Numbered from the stretch's first letter, positions 1 through 9,281 are shown. The stretch: 61,447 nucleotides of DNA from a virus (IMGVR_UViG_3300027902_000010:1-61447), one strand, 5' to 3'. Numbers and translations: made by a program. Notes: generated by a model not told the origin, from the sequence alone.

Positions 1-99
1 ATGGGATCAAAGAGAATATGTCCATCAATGGATAATAGAGGAGAGGTTCTTTGCTAGAATGGACAAAAAGAAACCCGCATGGCGTGATACCATGCGGGC
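1..99. repeat. Left terminal inverted repeat (99 bp)
   Basis: 1-99 is the exact reverse complement of 61349-61447; identity breaks at 100 / 61348. Confidence 0.97.
65..98 (-). terminator. Intrinsic terminator of the left arm, inside the TIR
   Basis: 9-bp stem CCCGCATGG(74-82)/CCATGCGGG(90-98), 7-nt loop, U-rich tail on the minus strand (65-73), just past the last minus-strand gene. Confidence 0.85.
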
Positions 100-106
100 T
101 CGTTGA

Positions 107-298
107 TTATAAGGCAGCGTCGAAATACTCTTGGGCGGTATGCTCAGGTGGCTTTCGGCCCCACGGCCCATATACTTCATATTTATATCCATTACTCAGA
201 TGTTTCAGATCATCTTGGGTCATGTCGTGATCAAGCGACGCCATCATGTAGTCCGTCTTTCTAATTATTATATACCAGTATCTCTTTGACGTGGCCAT
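107..298 (-). CDS. Small hypothetical protein
   Basis: ORF MATSKRYW..., GGAGG upstream, in the minus-strand gene run. Confidence 0.7.
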   Translation of the reverse strand: MATSKRYWYIIIRKTDYMMASLDHDMTQDDLKHLSNGYKYEVYGPWGRKPPEHTAQEYFDAAL

Positions 299-299
299 A

Positions 300-533
300 T
301 CATTTCCTCCCACGCTTACGCGGTTCGCGATCGATCGGTGTTATGCCGGCAGCCTTCATCGCCTTTCGTATAGACTTATCAGAATTCTGGATGGCTTCAT
401 ATACATACTCCGCCATATCATTCTCCTGCGCCTTTGATAATACCGCGCCTTGCTCCATCAATTCAAACTTTATGATGGCATAGACATTTCTCGCCACTTT
501 TCCTTTAAGTTGTGCGAAGTCGGTCGGATTCAT
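300..533 (-). CDS. Small basic hypothetical protein
   Basis: 77-aa ORF with AGGAGG SD and basic C-terminus. Confidence 0.7.
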   Translation of the reverse strand: MNPTDFAQLKGKVARNVYAIIKFELMEQGAVLSKAQENDMAEYVYEAIQNSDKSIRKAMKAAGITPIDREPRKRGRK

Positions 534-542
534 CTCTTCCTC

Positions 543-746
543 CTAGCATGGATGCTTTATTTTTCTTTTCATGCAGGCCTCTACCTTACTGGCCAATCCA
601 GTAAATTGGCTGTCTGGCAGACCCTGTTGATCTAGATAGAACATAACTCCATCAGAGATGACATCACCATGCTCCATCATGCTTATCGCTTCTCTGAGTA
701 AATCTGTAGCTATCATGTTGACATCTTTCTTTGGTATCTTTTTCAT
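543..746 (-). CDS. Small hypothetical protein
   Basis: 67-aa ORF, ATGA overlap with upstream gene. Confidence 0.7.
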   Translation of the reverse strand: MKKIPKKDVNMIATDLLREAISMMEHGDVISDGVMFYLDQQGLPDSQFTGLASKVEACMKRKIKHPC

Positions 747-1120
747 TTCTTTCTCCCATAATGTTTTTGACTTCTGAAGAACTTTCTCAGTTTCATATAT
801 TCTTTGGAGTATTGTCTATTTCTACATGGATGCTCACCCAGGTAGCACATCTTGCAAAGAATAAAGGCGGCTCCTTTCTCATATCCAATTTTCTTTAGAT
901 ATGCGGCTACGCCAAATTGTCCTTGCTCTATTCCTAATCCAATCTTCTTCTTATCGACCAGGAATACTCGGAGCATCTTCTTTTCTTTTGATCCAAGATT
1001 GTCACGGTGCAGAACGCAATGTTCGCAGGAGCACTTACCACCATAGGCTTCAAGAGCATCGGCCTTTATCCGTAAATGATATCGCTTGTAATAGCCAGGT
1101 GAATGTCTGTCAGTCTTCAT
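743..1120 (-). CDS. Zn-binding, degenerate HNH-like protein
   Basis: AYGGKCSCEHC and LCKMC Cys pairs as in phage HNH-like proteins; catalytic His not evident. Confidence 0.5.
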   Translation of the reverse strand: MKTDRHSPGYYKRYHLRIKADALEAYGGKCSCEHCVLHRDNLGSKEKKMLRVFLVDKKKIGLGIEQGQFGVAAYLKKIGYEKGAAFILCKMCYLGEHPCRNRQYSKEYMKLRKFFRSQKHYGRKK

Positions 1121-1126
1121 TGTAAA

Positions 1127-1168
1127 ATTATACGCTATAATGCAAATGAAGTAAATCGAATAATCGCC
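1127..1168 (-). promoter_or_regulatory. Sigma70-like promoter of the conserved family; probably leaderless
   Basis: Minus strand GGCGATTATTCGA-TTTACT-17 nt-TATAAT; ATG at 1120 lies 6 nt after the -10. Confidence 0.7.
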
Positions 1169-1170
1169 AA

Positions 1171-1413
1171 TTATTTGCCTTCACGCATAGCTCTGGCAAG
1201 ACGATTGAATATTCTCATTCCTGCATCAAACCCCCGAAGCAGTTCTTCAACCGGAGGTTCTTTGGAATTCCGTAACTCTTGTGGGACAAAATCCATTACT
1301 TCTGTATCTTGTTCGTTGTCAACTTCTTTCTTTTTCCTAACCCTTCTCACAGTCGTCGGTTTGTAGACGCCATCAACATCTTGCTCAAGGTCTATGACTA
1401 CCTCTTTTTCCAT
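1171..1413 (-). CDS. Hypothetical protein
   Basis: 80-aa ORF co-oriented with neighbours. Confidence 0.6.
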   Translation of the reverse strand: MEKEVVIDLEQDVDGVYKPTTVRRVRKKKEVDNEQDTEVMDFVPQELRNSKEPPVEELLRGFDAGMRIFNRLARAMREGK

Positions 1414-1943
1414 ACATACACCATAACTCCCAGAAGCAGGAGCCCCGTCACTATTGCAGCGGAGTAGTCTATATCAACAATCGTCGCTCCTTGACCTAGC
1501 CACTCAGTATATTTTTGATAGTTAGAATACACCTTATCAACATATGATTGAACATTAGTATTTCCCTGGCTATTCACATATTGTCCGGCGGTATTCTTTC
1601 TCGCCGTGCCGGCATTATACGCTGCAATAGCGTCCATCACATTTCCGTTGTATCTATTCAAATTCTGGGCTATGTATGCTGACCCAACATTCACATTGAA
1701 TCCTGGGTTCAACATATCGCCGGCCGTAGCATCTGAAACAAATTGCTGTGCCGTCTTTAACAGTACTTGCATTAATCCATATGAAGCATCGCCTATAGCG
1801 GGTTCAGCTCGATAAGCATTCTGATCAAATCCAGACTCCTGCTTTATATGAGCCAAAATAAGGGCCGGCGGAATGTTATACTTAGCCGCTGCATCATTCA
1901 CCGTCGGCAAGAGCGCCTGTTCTTTATCATAGATGAGAGACAT
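1398..1943 (-). CDS. Lytic transglycosylase (SLT) with C-terminal membrane anchor
   Basis: IKQESG, YGLMQV, AAYNAG motifs; C-terminal TM helix followed by KKR. Confidence 0.93.
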   Translation of the reverse strand: MSLIYDKEQALLPTVNDAAAKYNIPPALILAHIKQESGFDQNAYRAEPAIGDASYGLMQVLLKTAQQFVSDATAGDMLNPGFNVNVGSAYIAQNLNRYNGNVMDAIAAYNAGTARKNTAGQYVNSQGNTNVQSYVDKVYSNYQKYTEWLGQGATIVDIDYSAAIVTGLLLLGVMVYVWKKR

Positions 1944-1945
1944 AG

Positions 1946-3076
1946 CTACCTCTCTTTATTCATTTTCAATGCTACTAACCCCGCTACTGAAGCCAATACG
2001 ATAGCTATCGGCCAAATGTAGGGACTCCCCAAAATGGAGGCTTCTGCGGGTGGAACCCCAGGAGTAGCAGTCGCTGGCGGCTTCTTCCCTAGCAATCCAA
2101 CTTTTCCAGCTATGTCAACTCCCTTAGCAGCCACACCAATTCCACTCGCAATTTCCTCAGCTGTAAGCCCACCACCAGCTTCACCTGGAATAGCCCCACC
2201 CACATCTGGCATAAGATAAGCATTATCTGGATTCATGATACCGCCAGGGGCGTTAGCAGCTTCTTGTATCTGCGCTACTTGCTGTGGCGTAGCTCCAGCA
2301 TCCATCATTTGAGATGGCGTCATTCCAGTACCGGGAATTTCTGTATAAGCATTCGCAATCACCGCCTGAATATCGGCATTTGAAGCTCCAGCCGCTGCCA
2401 TCTCTCCCGCTGTCATGCCGGTACCAGGTATCGTGCCAACATTTGGCATGAGAGCAGCGTTCGCCACAAATCCACCTGGGGCGTTAGCCGCTGCTACAAT
2501 CTCAGCCACTTGTTGTGGTGTCGCTCCCGCTGCCAGCATTTGAGCTTGTGTCATTCCAGTCCCTGGAACATTAGCTCCCGGACCTACTAGAGTTGAAACA
2601 TATCCAGCGGCAGCGCCCGCTATCAATCCTTTGAGAACATCAGGTCTACCCTTCTGTAATGAGCCAGCTATCGCGCCTGCTACCGTTCCGTATGGAAATC
2701 CACCGGTAAGAGTTCCAGCGATGGCCCCAGTAGTTGACTTTTGCAATAGCTGATGACCGCCAAGATCATATCTATGGCCACCAATTGTTATTTTAGGCAT
2801 CACCTTCGCGATAGGCTTAACAAATGGTTTTAATATCAATGGCTGAATGACGTACTTCTCGAGTTGCTTAGCCGCCGTCGCCAAAGGCTTACCTATACCT
2901 TTAGAGCCAATCGTAGGTCGAATGACATGCTTTTCAACCTGAGCCAGGGTGTGGGTAATTGGTTTAACTACGGGCCTTATAACAGCTCGTTCAACCTGAC
3001 CTCCGACCTTTTTTATTGGAGCCATTAACTTACTCCAAAAGTCGCCATATCCATCATAGTAATGATACATACTCAC
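1946..3076 (-). CDS. Putative virion membrane/entry protein
   Basis: YDGYG N-terminus, amphipathic QVE..VIRP repeats, 3x PGTGMT..M.AGA repeats, C-terminal TM. Confidence 0.6.
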   Translation of the reverse strand: MSMYHYYDGYGDFWSKLMAPIKKVGGQVERAVIRPVVKPITHTLAQVEKHVIRPTIGSKGIGKPLATAAKQLEKYVIQPLILKPFVKPIAKVMPKITIGGHRYDLGGHQLLQKSTTGAIAGTLTGGFPYGTVAGAIAGSLQKGRPDVLKGLIAGAAAGYVSTLVGPGANVPGTGMTQAQMLAAGATPQQVAEIVAAANAPGGFVANAALMPNVGTIPGTGMTAGEMAAAGASNADIQAVIANAYTEIPGTGMTPSQMMDAGATPQQVAQIQEAANAPGGIMNPDNAYLMPDVGGAIPGEAGGGLTAEEIASGIGVAAKGVDIAGKVGLLGKKPPATATPGVPPAEASILGSPYIWPIAIVLASVAGLVALKMNKER

Positions 3077-3077
3077 C

Positions 3078-3284
3078 TCACTTATACGGATTCGTATCTC
3101 GAAGTGAATACAGCAAAGCTTTCACTTCCGGCACTTCTGGATGACCTGGCCCCTGGGCTTCTACGTTTTTTATTATTCCATCATAGTCAATGGCGACATT
3201 GTTCTTCTGAGCCGCTCTTACCATTGTTATGATGTTATTGATTGTGGCTACCTTGTCAGGGTCTTCTCCATATCCGATAAACAT
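3078..3284 (-). CDS. Small protein with N-terminal FIGYG motif
   Basis: 68-aa ORF with GGAGG SD. Confidence 0.65.
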   Translation of the reverse strand: MFIGYGEDPDKVATINNIITMVRAAQKNNVAIDYDGIIKNVEAQGPGHPEVPEVKALLYSLRDTNPYK

Positions 3285-3292
3285 ATTGCCTC

Positions 3293-3682
3293 CTACTTAC
3301 GGAAGAACAAGAAATAGGCCCCACCGACCAGCACGGCACCGCCGGCTATCCATACCCACATCGGAATACCTGTTGATGGTGGCACCGCACCCACTACAAC
3401 CGTCGGCTTATTTCTTGTCATGTACTGGGTGTATGCCGTTCCGAGTTTTGCCCCTGATGACAGAATGCTGTCAATCGTATCAACCACACTGCTATCATCA
3501 TCTGCCCCCATACCACTAAATCTGTCCGGGAATCCATTGAATCCGATTCTGTTTGGAAATGCGCCATATCCGCTATACATCATATCTCCGTTACCTCCTG
3601 GTATCATTTTTGAATATACAACTGGCCCACCGCGTAATGGTCTTGTTCCCGCATCTGTATTTACTATCATATTCTCCTCCAT
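3293..3682 (-). CDS. Putative virion membrane protein
   Basis: YSGYG and FSGMG motifs, C-terminal TM plus RK. Confidence 0.65.
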   Translation of the reverse strand: MEENMIVNTDAGTRPLRGGPVVYSKMIPGGNGDMMYSGYGAFPNRIGFNGFPDRFSGMGADDDSSVVDTIDSILSSGAKLGTAYTQYMTRNKPTVVVGAVPPSTGIPMWVWIAGGAVLVGGAYFLFFRK

Positions 3683-4872
3683 TCTTCCATGCCCTCGAAG
3701 TTTTCATTCCGGCTAAATGATCCGGGCTTATTAGCATTAAACGACGGAAGAGGAGCCTCAGATATTGGCATATCCAATCCGACAACACCTGATCGGCCAG
3801 GCTCCTCCTCCTCATCGGATTCTGGTTCTGGTTCTGACCACAATCTTAAATTAGTATCGCCATAGTTAAGTGGCTCACGACCTCTTGAAGTCTGCCATAT
3901 TGGTGAAAACCCAAAACCAGCCAACGGCACCGCAGCTGTAGGTAAGGTGGCTTTCGCCATAAAGTCAACAAAATCTTTTTCCTTATCGGTCAATGGTTGA
4001 CCTGCGGCTTTTCTATTTTTTATATCCAATAGCGTAGCCGCCACTTGCTGATCGAGTATATCTCCTTTGCTAACATCAACTGGCGCTGTCTGCATGGCCG
4101 ATGGGCCACCTTCAGATCCATCATCTGCTACAGTATCCTGCTGTGTTTGAATTGGACCACCACCACCTGAAGACCCACCTGGCATAGACTTTGTTACCCA
4201 TCTATCGCCTGACGCCTGAACTTGCGGAGTAACTCCCCAATCTACTGACGGCGGTGGAATATGTTGAACAGATTGTGACTGTGATGCCTGAGTCGCATAG
4301 CTGGCAATGATAGCATCATATTGCGCTTTTGAAATTGGGTTTCCGTTCTCATCAACATATTGATTACCGCCAGACGCTGCATACTCCGCACTCCGTCTAT
4401 CATATTCTTCTTTTGATATCGGGTTCCCTTTATCATCCGTGTACTGCACATTACCGCCGGCCGCTTGCTGCGCCATGATAGCATCATATTCGGCTTTTGA
4501 AATTACATTCCCATTCGCATCCTGATAAATAGGCGGTGCATCAGCCGACGTCTGTGTTACTGATGGCTTTTTAGCCATCAATCCCATAACCGGCTTCGCT
4601 ATAAGACTTAGACCACCTGTCGCCATGGCCATTCCTACTGCCCCAGCTTTTCCAACGGTTTGGGCTACAGGTCTTATCACCGACTTCTCAACCTGTCCCG
4701 CAGCCTTTACAATGGGCTTTGCCACAGCCCCTATTACTGGGGTTCTTACAACTTGCGCCACTACTTTGCTTACTGGCTTTGTTACTACCTTGACTGCTGA
4801 GCTTATGGCCTTTTTCAGACTCCAGCCAAACTCACCATAGCCGTCATATCCACCATCATCACCGACAAACAT
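3667..4872 (-). CDS. Putative virion entry/DNA-delivery protein
   Basis: YDGYG followed by an amphipathic helix, 3x Y.D..GN.ISK..YD repeats, LAGFG near the C-terminus. Confidence 0.6.
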   Translation of the reverse strand: MFVGDDGGYDGYGEFGWSLKKAISSAVKVVTKPVSKVVAQVVRTPVIGAVAKPIVKAAGQVEKSVIRPVAQTVGKAGAVGMAMATGGLSLIAKPVMGLMAKKPSVTQTSADAPPIYQDANGNVISKAEYDAIMAQQAAGGNVQYTDDKGNPISKEEYDRRSAEYAASGGNQYVDENGNPISKAQYDAIIASYATQASQSQSVQHIPPPSVDWGVTPQVQASGDRWVTKSMPGGSSGGGGPIQTQQDTVADDGSEGGPSAMQTAPVDVSKGDILDQQVAATLLDIKNRKAAGQPLTDKEKDFVDFMAKATLPTAAVPLAGFGFSPIWQTSRGREPLNYGDTNLRLWSEPEPESDEEEEPGRSGVVGLDMPISEAPLPSFNANKPGSFSRNENFEGMEEWRRI

Positions 4873-4874
4873 AG

Positions 4875-5342
4875 CTATCTCCTTTTGCCTGTTCTCAACT
4901 GTTCAACCAGTTCAACTCCACGTTCGCCTACTTGATTATACCAAACACTGTCTTTCAGATTGTCGGCAGCGGTACTCCAATCACCTTCACTACCAGTAGT
5001 CATAGCCAGACGGGCAAAATTCAACATGTTACGAAATCCCAAAAGTTTTGATATACCCATGTTGAAACAAAGATTGCGGATTACGTCAAGTCTCACTGGG
5101 TCCATATTGAATACCCATAACAGACGCTCACGAAGATCGCGTTCAACATTCTCAAGACTTATATCAAGCATCAAATTGATAACTTCTTTTGGTAATGGCA
5201 CATCAGATAAATTCCATCCGATACCAATAGTCAATTTACCTTTCAGCATATCACCTTGCTTTAATTCTTTTCCGGTGGCATCGTCATATGGCTTATCTCT
5301 TGCTTCTTCTTGACGAGCCAGTTGTTCTCTTAGCGTTTCCAT
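4875..5342 (-). CDS. Endolysin, GH24/T4-like lysozyme
   Basis: E..R.KPY.D..GK..TIGIG.NL, NLCFNMG and W..QVG.R motifs. Confidence 0.9.
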   Translation of the reverse strand: METLREQLARQEEARDKPYDDATGKELKQGDMLKGKLTIGIGWNLSDVPLPKEVINLMLDISLENVERDLRERLLWVFNMDPVRLDVIRNLCFNMGISKLLGFRNMLNFARLAMTTGSEGDWSTAADNLKDSVWYNQVGERGVELVEQLRTGKRR

Positions 5343-5815
5343 GGAAGCCTCAATGATGATAGAATAGAAAATATTTTACTGAACCACCCCGCATATTGTC
5401 TTATTATTAAAGTGACAACTCCCGCAAAGAACACTGTTCCTAAAGCATAGTACCACCATGGCATCTTTCCGGAGTACATCACCTTCACTGCCGGATTATT
5501 TGAAATTACATCAATCTTATTCACCGGCTCATCAGATTTTCTCAATACCGTTTCACGAAACGTCTTCTTCTGTTTGAAGACTTTAACTATCGTCTGCTCA
5601 ACGGTCACAGTACCCGATGAATCAATCGTAGCGGTGGGAACAGTAATCACCGCGATTAGATCATCATCACTCTTGCCCGGAGTTGGTGGTATCTTTTCTT
5701 CAGTTATCGCAATATGTTGCTCGGTCCCCACTTCTTTTAGCAATACTTCTGGGTATTTTTTAGCACACCCGACCAGTAACACCATCATCGCCAGGAGAAT
5801 CAATGTCTTCCTCAT
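5330..5815 (-). CDS. Lipoprotein with C-terminal TM, unimolecular-spanin-like
   Basis: Lipobox LLVGC, beta-rich middle, C-terminal TM, overlaps the endolysin gene. Confidence 0.65.
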   Translation of the reverse strand: MRKTLILLAMMVLLVGCAKKYPEVLLKEVGTEQHIAITEEKIPPTPGKSDDDLIAVITVPTATIDSSGTVTVEQTIVKVFKQKKTFRETVLRKSDEPVNKIDVISNNPAVKVMYSGKMPWWYYALGTVFFAGVVTLIIRQYAGWFSKIFSILSSLRLPWKR

Positions 5816-5816
5816 A

Positions 5817-6605
5817 TTACCTCCCTAGTCCCATAAGCATTCTCAATATCAGCCCAACCTGAGCAGGCGTCAATTGATATGTGGGGCTGTCTACTAATGT
5901 GAAGCTATCAATAATTCTAATTCGAATCTCATTCTTCAGCGAGTCAGACAATGTGATGCTATCACTCAAAGATATGTGAGCTGCTATAGCACTTGTCAAA
6001 AAGTCTGTCAGTGTAATAGCGTCAGCCTTGCTTATCGTAACTGACTTTGCCGTGGCGTCGGTCAATGTTATTGAGTCACTTCTTGAAGACCCTATAAGCT
6101 TTGCCACCGCATCAGACAATGTTATTGAATCAGCCAAGTTTGGCTTATCCATCATCGTGATAACGTCACTCAGCGTTACAGTATCCGCAAGAGAAAGCGG
6201 AATAATTCTTGCAAATAAATCTGTCAGCGTGATGCTATCACTTTTAGTTATTGCTATGGCCTTTGCCAAAGCATCGGTCAGTGTTATTGAATCAGCTTTA
6301 CTGAGTGATATAGTCTTACCCGTAATACTGTCGGTCAATGTTATTACATCAGCCAGACCCGGCTTTATTGACTTAGTAATAACCTCGGTCAATGTGAATG
6401 AGTCCGCAAAACTCGGTCGTGGCGAGTTTGATATGGACTCAGTAAGCGTTATACTATCTCCTGGCATCGACTTGGAAAACGCCATCGCTATAACATCGGA
6501 CAGAGTTATGCTATCTGATAAATTCAATGTCAATGGTACGGTACCGCCGCGCAATATTACATCATATGGATTGGCGGCACTTTGATATAGGATGACATCT
6601 GCCAT
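5817..6605 (-). CDS. Repeat-rich fibre/spike protein
   Basis: Tandem L(S/A)DSITL(T/S)D repeats with ~19-aa period. Confidence 0.6.
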   Translation of the reverse strand: MADVILYQSAANPYDVILRGGTVPLTLNLSDSITLSDVIAMAFSKSMPGDSITLTESISNSPRPSFADSFTLTEVITKSIKPGLADVITLTDSITGKTISLSKADSITLTDALAKAIAITKSDSITLTDLFARIIPLSLADTVTLSDVITMMDKPNLADSITLSDAVAKLIGSSRSDSITLTDATAKSVTISKADAITLTDFLTSAIAAHISLSDSITLSDSLKNEIRIRIIDSFTLVDSPTYQLTPAQVGLILRMLMGLGR

Positions 6606-6607
6606 TT

Positions 6608-6940
6608 TTAGATACCTGTCAAAGTATTTACAGTCGTACCAAAAACATCTGGCGCTCCCGCCTTGTAGGCTACAATATAGAAACTGATACCTGGCAAAAC
6701 TTTGAATGAGTAATTGCCACTACTATCAGAAATTGTAGTAGCTACCTTGATATCATTTTCAGTTTGAAACAAGTCACAAGTACAAAGACCGAGAGGACTC
6801 AATGCCGAATCTCTTGTTACGCCAGTTATAGAAAAGTATTGAGTAGTAAACGGCGCAGACTTGAATATCGCTTTACGTTTACCAACGCCACGCACCATCA
6901 TAGGGCGTCTACCAGCCGGAAACTGAGCGCAGCCGGCCAT
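6608..6940 (-). CDS. Beta-sandwich structural protein
   Basis: ITGVTRD...SDSSGNYSF, prealbumin/carboxypeptidase-regulatory-like pattern. Confidence 0.5.
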   Translation of the reverse strand: MAGCAQFPAGRRPMMVRGVGKRKAIFKSAPFTTQYFSITGVTRDSALSPLGLCTCDLFQTENDIKVATTISDSSGNYSFKVLPGISFYIVAYKAGAPDVFGTTVNTLTGI

Positions 6941-7500
6941 TAGTTTATCGACTCAAGGACGTACATGTGCGATTGTATTGAGTTGACCGCACCTGTTGAC
7001 CAGAAAGCAAATACGTCAATAGTACCAGCGATCGTAGAATCAAATCCAGTACCGACCGCGGGGGCTGAAGCCGGTATTAGAAGACTTCCAGAGCCACCAG
7101 CACTTGGCAATGGTGAGCCTATCACAGACTCTGATGTCCATCGGCCTGAGTGGAACATGGTCGCTAGCGTGGAATTTCCAATTGACCGACAGATCAGTTC
7201 CCACATCAGATGGAATGTCACGTTGGTCTTAGCAACCACGTTGATGGCTAATGCCTGACTCGCCGCTATCTGTATCGCTCCATATCTCACGTTGAAAGTC
7301 AATGTGTCAGGTCCGGTTACGCGGTTTGATACTCGACCCCACACATTTATACGAAGACCTTTACCAATCTGAAAATAGTTAGCCGGTAAAGTAATTACCG
7401 CGGCTGGTGGTAAGAGCGATGTTCCAGGCGTGGCCGTTGTGACGGCCGTACCATCTATCTGTGACGTCATCAATACTTCTTGCCAGGTTTGTAAACTCAT
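6940..7500 (-). CDS. Beta-rich structural (spike/decoration) protein
   Basis: 186 aa, T/S/G-rich with alternating beta pattern. Confidence 0.5.
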   Translation of the reverse strand: MSLQTWQEVLMTSQIDGTAVTTATPGTSLLPPAAVITLPANYFQIGKGLRINVWGRVSNRVTGPDTLTFNVRYGAIQIAASQALAINVVAKTNVTFHLMWELICRSIGNSTLATMFHSGRWTSESVIGSPLPSAGGSGSLLIPASAPAVGTGFDSTIAGTIDVFAFWSTGAVNSIQSHMYVLESIN

Positions 7501-7515
7501 GTCAATCTCCTATTC

Positions 7516-7956
7516 CTAATTGGCTGTCAGTGTCCAGGTTATTACCAGTGAATCACTTGCGCCTTTGTTGATTACTGCAAATGAAGCGCTCATCCACATA
7601 TCAACAGTATTCGCCGTCACGACATTGAATGTGCCCGCTTCCGTAAGAGCACCCGTACCAACACCGGCCGCGAATGTAGCGACCACCGTAACGACATTAT
7701 TGTTCCTCGTCTTGCTATCAAAGGCAACTCTCGCTATCTCCGCACCGAGCAATGTGGCCGCTGGCGAACCAGTTCCAACCGCCATCCATCCCATCTTTGC
7801 AATGCCGGGAGCAGCTAATATCTGCTCCATCAAATCATACTTGCCGGCCGTCGTCACCAGATTATGGATATGCCGAAAATCTTTGAGCCTGTGTTGAAAA
7901 TCAAATAGCTCAATCAACACATTATCTGACAAAGTAAATAAGCCACCTATCTGCAT
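7516..7956 (-). CDS. Fibre-base/collar-like structural protein
   Basis: NLVTTAG, MAVGTG, GTGALTEAG.FN, INKGA.DSL.ITW pattern typical of viral fibre-attachment proteins. Confidence 0.6.
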   Translation of the reverse strand: MQIGGLFTLSDNVLIELFDFQHRLKDFRHIHNLVTTAGKYDLMEQILAAPGIAKMGWMAVGTGSPAATLLGAEIARVAFDSKTRNNNVVTVVATFAAGVGTGALTEAGTFNVVTANTVDMWMSASFAVINKGASDSLVITWTLTAN

Positions 7957-7965
7957 AGCATCTCC

Positions 7966-8337
7966 TTATGTATCATCGTCATCCCAGTATGAGACCCTTC
8001 CTCCGACTGCTCCTACTCCCGACACTACCATGTCAAGACTGTTTCCAACCGAGGTTCCGAACAGAAACGCTGGTGGATCAACATTTTCTACAAATCCACT
8101 ATTGGCAATTAATACTTGATTCCCCTCTATTGCCGTTGAACCACCATCACGAAAAGCCACCGTCATATTAGCACTCACCACCAACTTGATAGCAAAAACT
8201 TTTATTCTCTTCCCTGGAACAGCCGCCACGACGGTACCTGTCGCATTCAATGCTATTGGAGCCGACTTATAATGTGCCGGCAAAAAGACAGCTTGATTAT
8301 TAGATTTGAATAATGCCCCATCGCTAGTCCCAGACAT
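7966..8337 (-). CDS. Small beta-rich structural protein
   Basis: 123 aa, VVAAVPGKRIKV motif, beta-rich. Confidence 0.5.
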   Translation of the reverse strand: MSGTSDGALFKSNNQAVFLPAHYKSAPIALNATGTVVAAVPGKRIKVFAIKLVVSANMTVAFRDGGSTAIEGNQVLIANSGFVENVDPPAFLFGTSVGNSLDMVVSGVGAVGGRVSYWDDDDT

Positions 8338-8344
8338 AGTGACC

Positions 8345-8524
8345 TCATTTCGACGTCTTGTATATCAGATCAGACCGTGTGACGACGCCGTTGACTTTGT
8401 ACTCTACCCACATCTGGAACATCGGAGTCTTGTGTTTAGAGAGTAGTCCTATCCGGAATTTTATAACACGTCTGAACAGGACATACTCCTTAATGATACT
8501 CAATATTTTTTTCAGTTTGTCCAT
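8345..8524 (-). CDS. Small hypothetical protein (59 aa, below ORF-track cutoff)
   Basis: MDKLKKILSIIKEYVLFRR... with GGAG SD; fills the gap exactly. Confidence 0.6.
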   Translation of the reverse strand: MDKLKKILSIIKEYVLFRRVIKFRIGLLSKHKTPMFQMWVEYKVNGVVTRSDLIYKTSK

Positions 8525-8535
8525 ATCAGTCTCCG

Positions 8536-8994
8536 CTATGGCCCAGTTGGAGTTCCAGCCTTTTCATCAATTTTCTTTTGAATCAGGTGTCCGAAGTGGT
8601 CCATGAGACCCCACTTATCAACATAGAAATATGTGATCCACGCCGTCCCGACTTGGGCAAATGACATGAAGATACATATCATTTTTGCTTGACTTGACTT
8701 GGGCCAATATAATGCGAACTCACCGACCACGCTTATAATGAGGCCCAGTAGCATAACATAGTTTGATATCCGATTTGCTTTCATTTCCAGATCAAGCTTT
8801 ACCTTCATGATAGCCGCCGAATTTTCTGGTGTTGACTTTGCAGCATCCGCCATAGCTTGTTTAGCCATTATCACATACGGCTCTTCCCATCTCTGCTTAC
8901 CTACCGCCATGATAATGAATACTACGGCGGTAACCATCGGATGGAGCTGAATCCCTACTAGATACTGAAATACATCATTTACCCATTCTGGCAT
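8536..8994 (-). CDS. Multi-pass membrane protein, holin candidate
   Basis: Three hydrophobic segments, charged C-terminus. Confidence 0.4.
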   Translation of the reverse strand: MPEWVNDVFQYLVGIQLHPMVTAVVFIIMAVGKQRWEEPYVIMAKQAMADAAKSTPENSAAIMKVKLDLEMKANRISNYVMLLGLIISVVGEFALYWPKSSQAKMICIFMSFAQVGTAWITYFYVDKWGLMDHFGHLIQKKIDEKAGTPTGP

Positions 8995-9006
8995 AGTTGC
9001 CTCCTT

Positions 9007-9264
9007 TTATGGTTTTATTTCTTCTCTTACATCTTTATTATGTTGATATAGCCTATCATCCAAAGTTCGTATCTGGGTTTCCATTTGAATGAATTGAGTT
9101 TTCAATGCCATAATTTCTACTCTCAATTCATTAACTGATATGTAGCCACTCATCAACCCAGCTATAGCCGCAATAATAATACCTTCCATGATACGAGCTC
9201 CATTCAATTTGACATGGCCCTCAATAGTGACTAAAAATGGAATATATTGCAAATAGTTCTTCAT
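9007..9264 (-). CDS. Membrane protein with coiled-coil
   Basis: One TM followed by heptad-like segment. Confidence 0.55.
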   Translation of the reverse strand: MKNYLQYIPFLVTIEGHVKLNGARIMEGIIIAAIAGLMSGYISVNELRVEIMALKTQFIQMETQIRTLDDRLYQHNKDVREEIKP

Positions 9265-9281
9265 ACATCTCCTTATAAATA

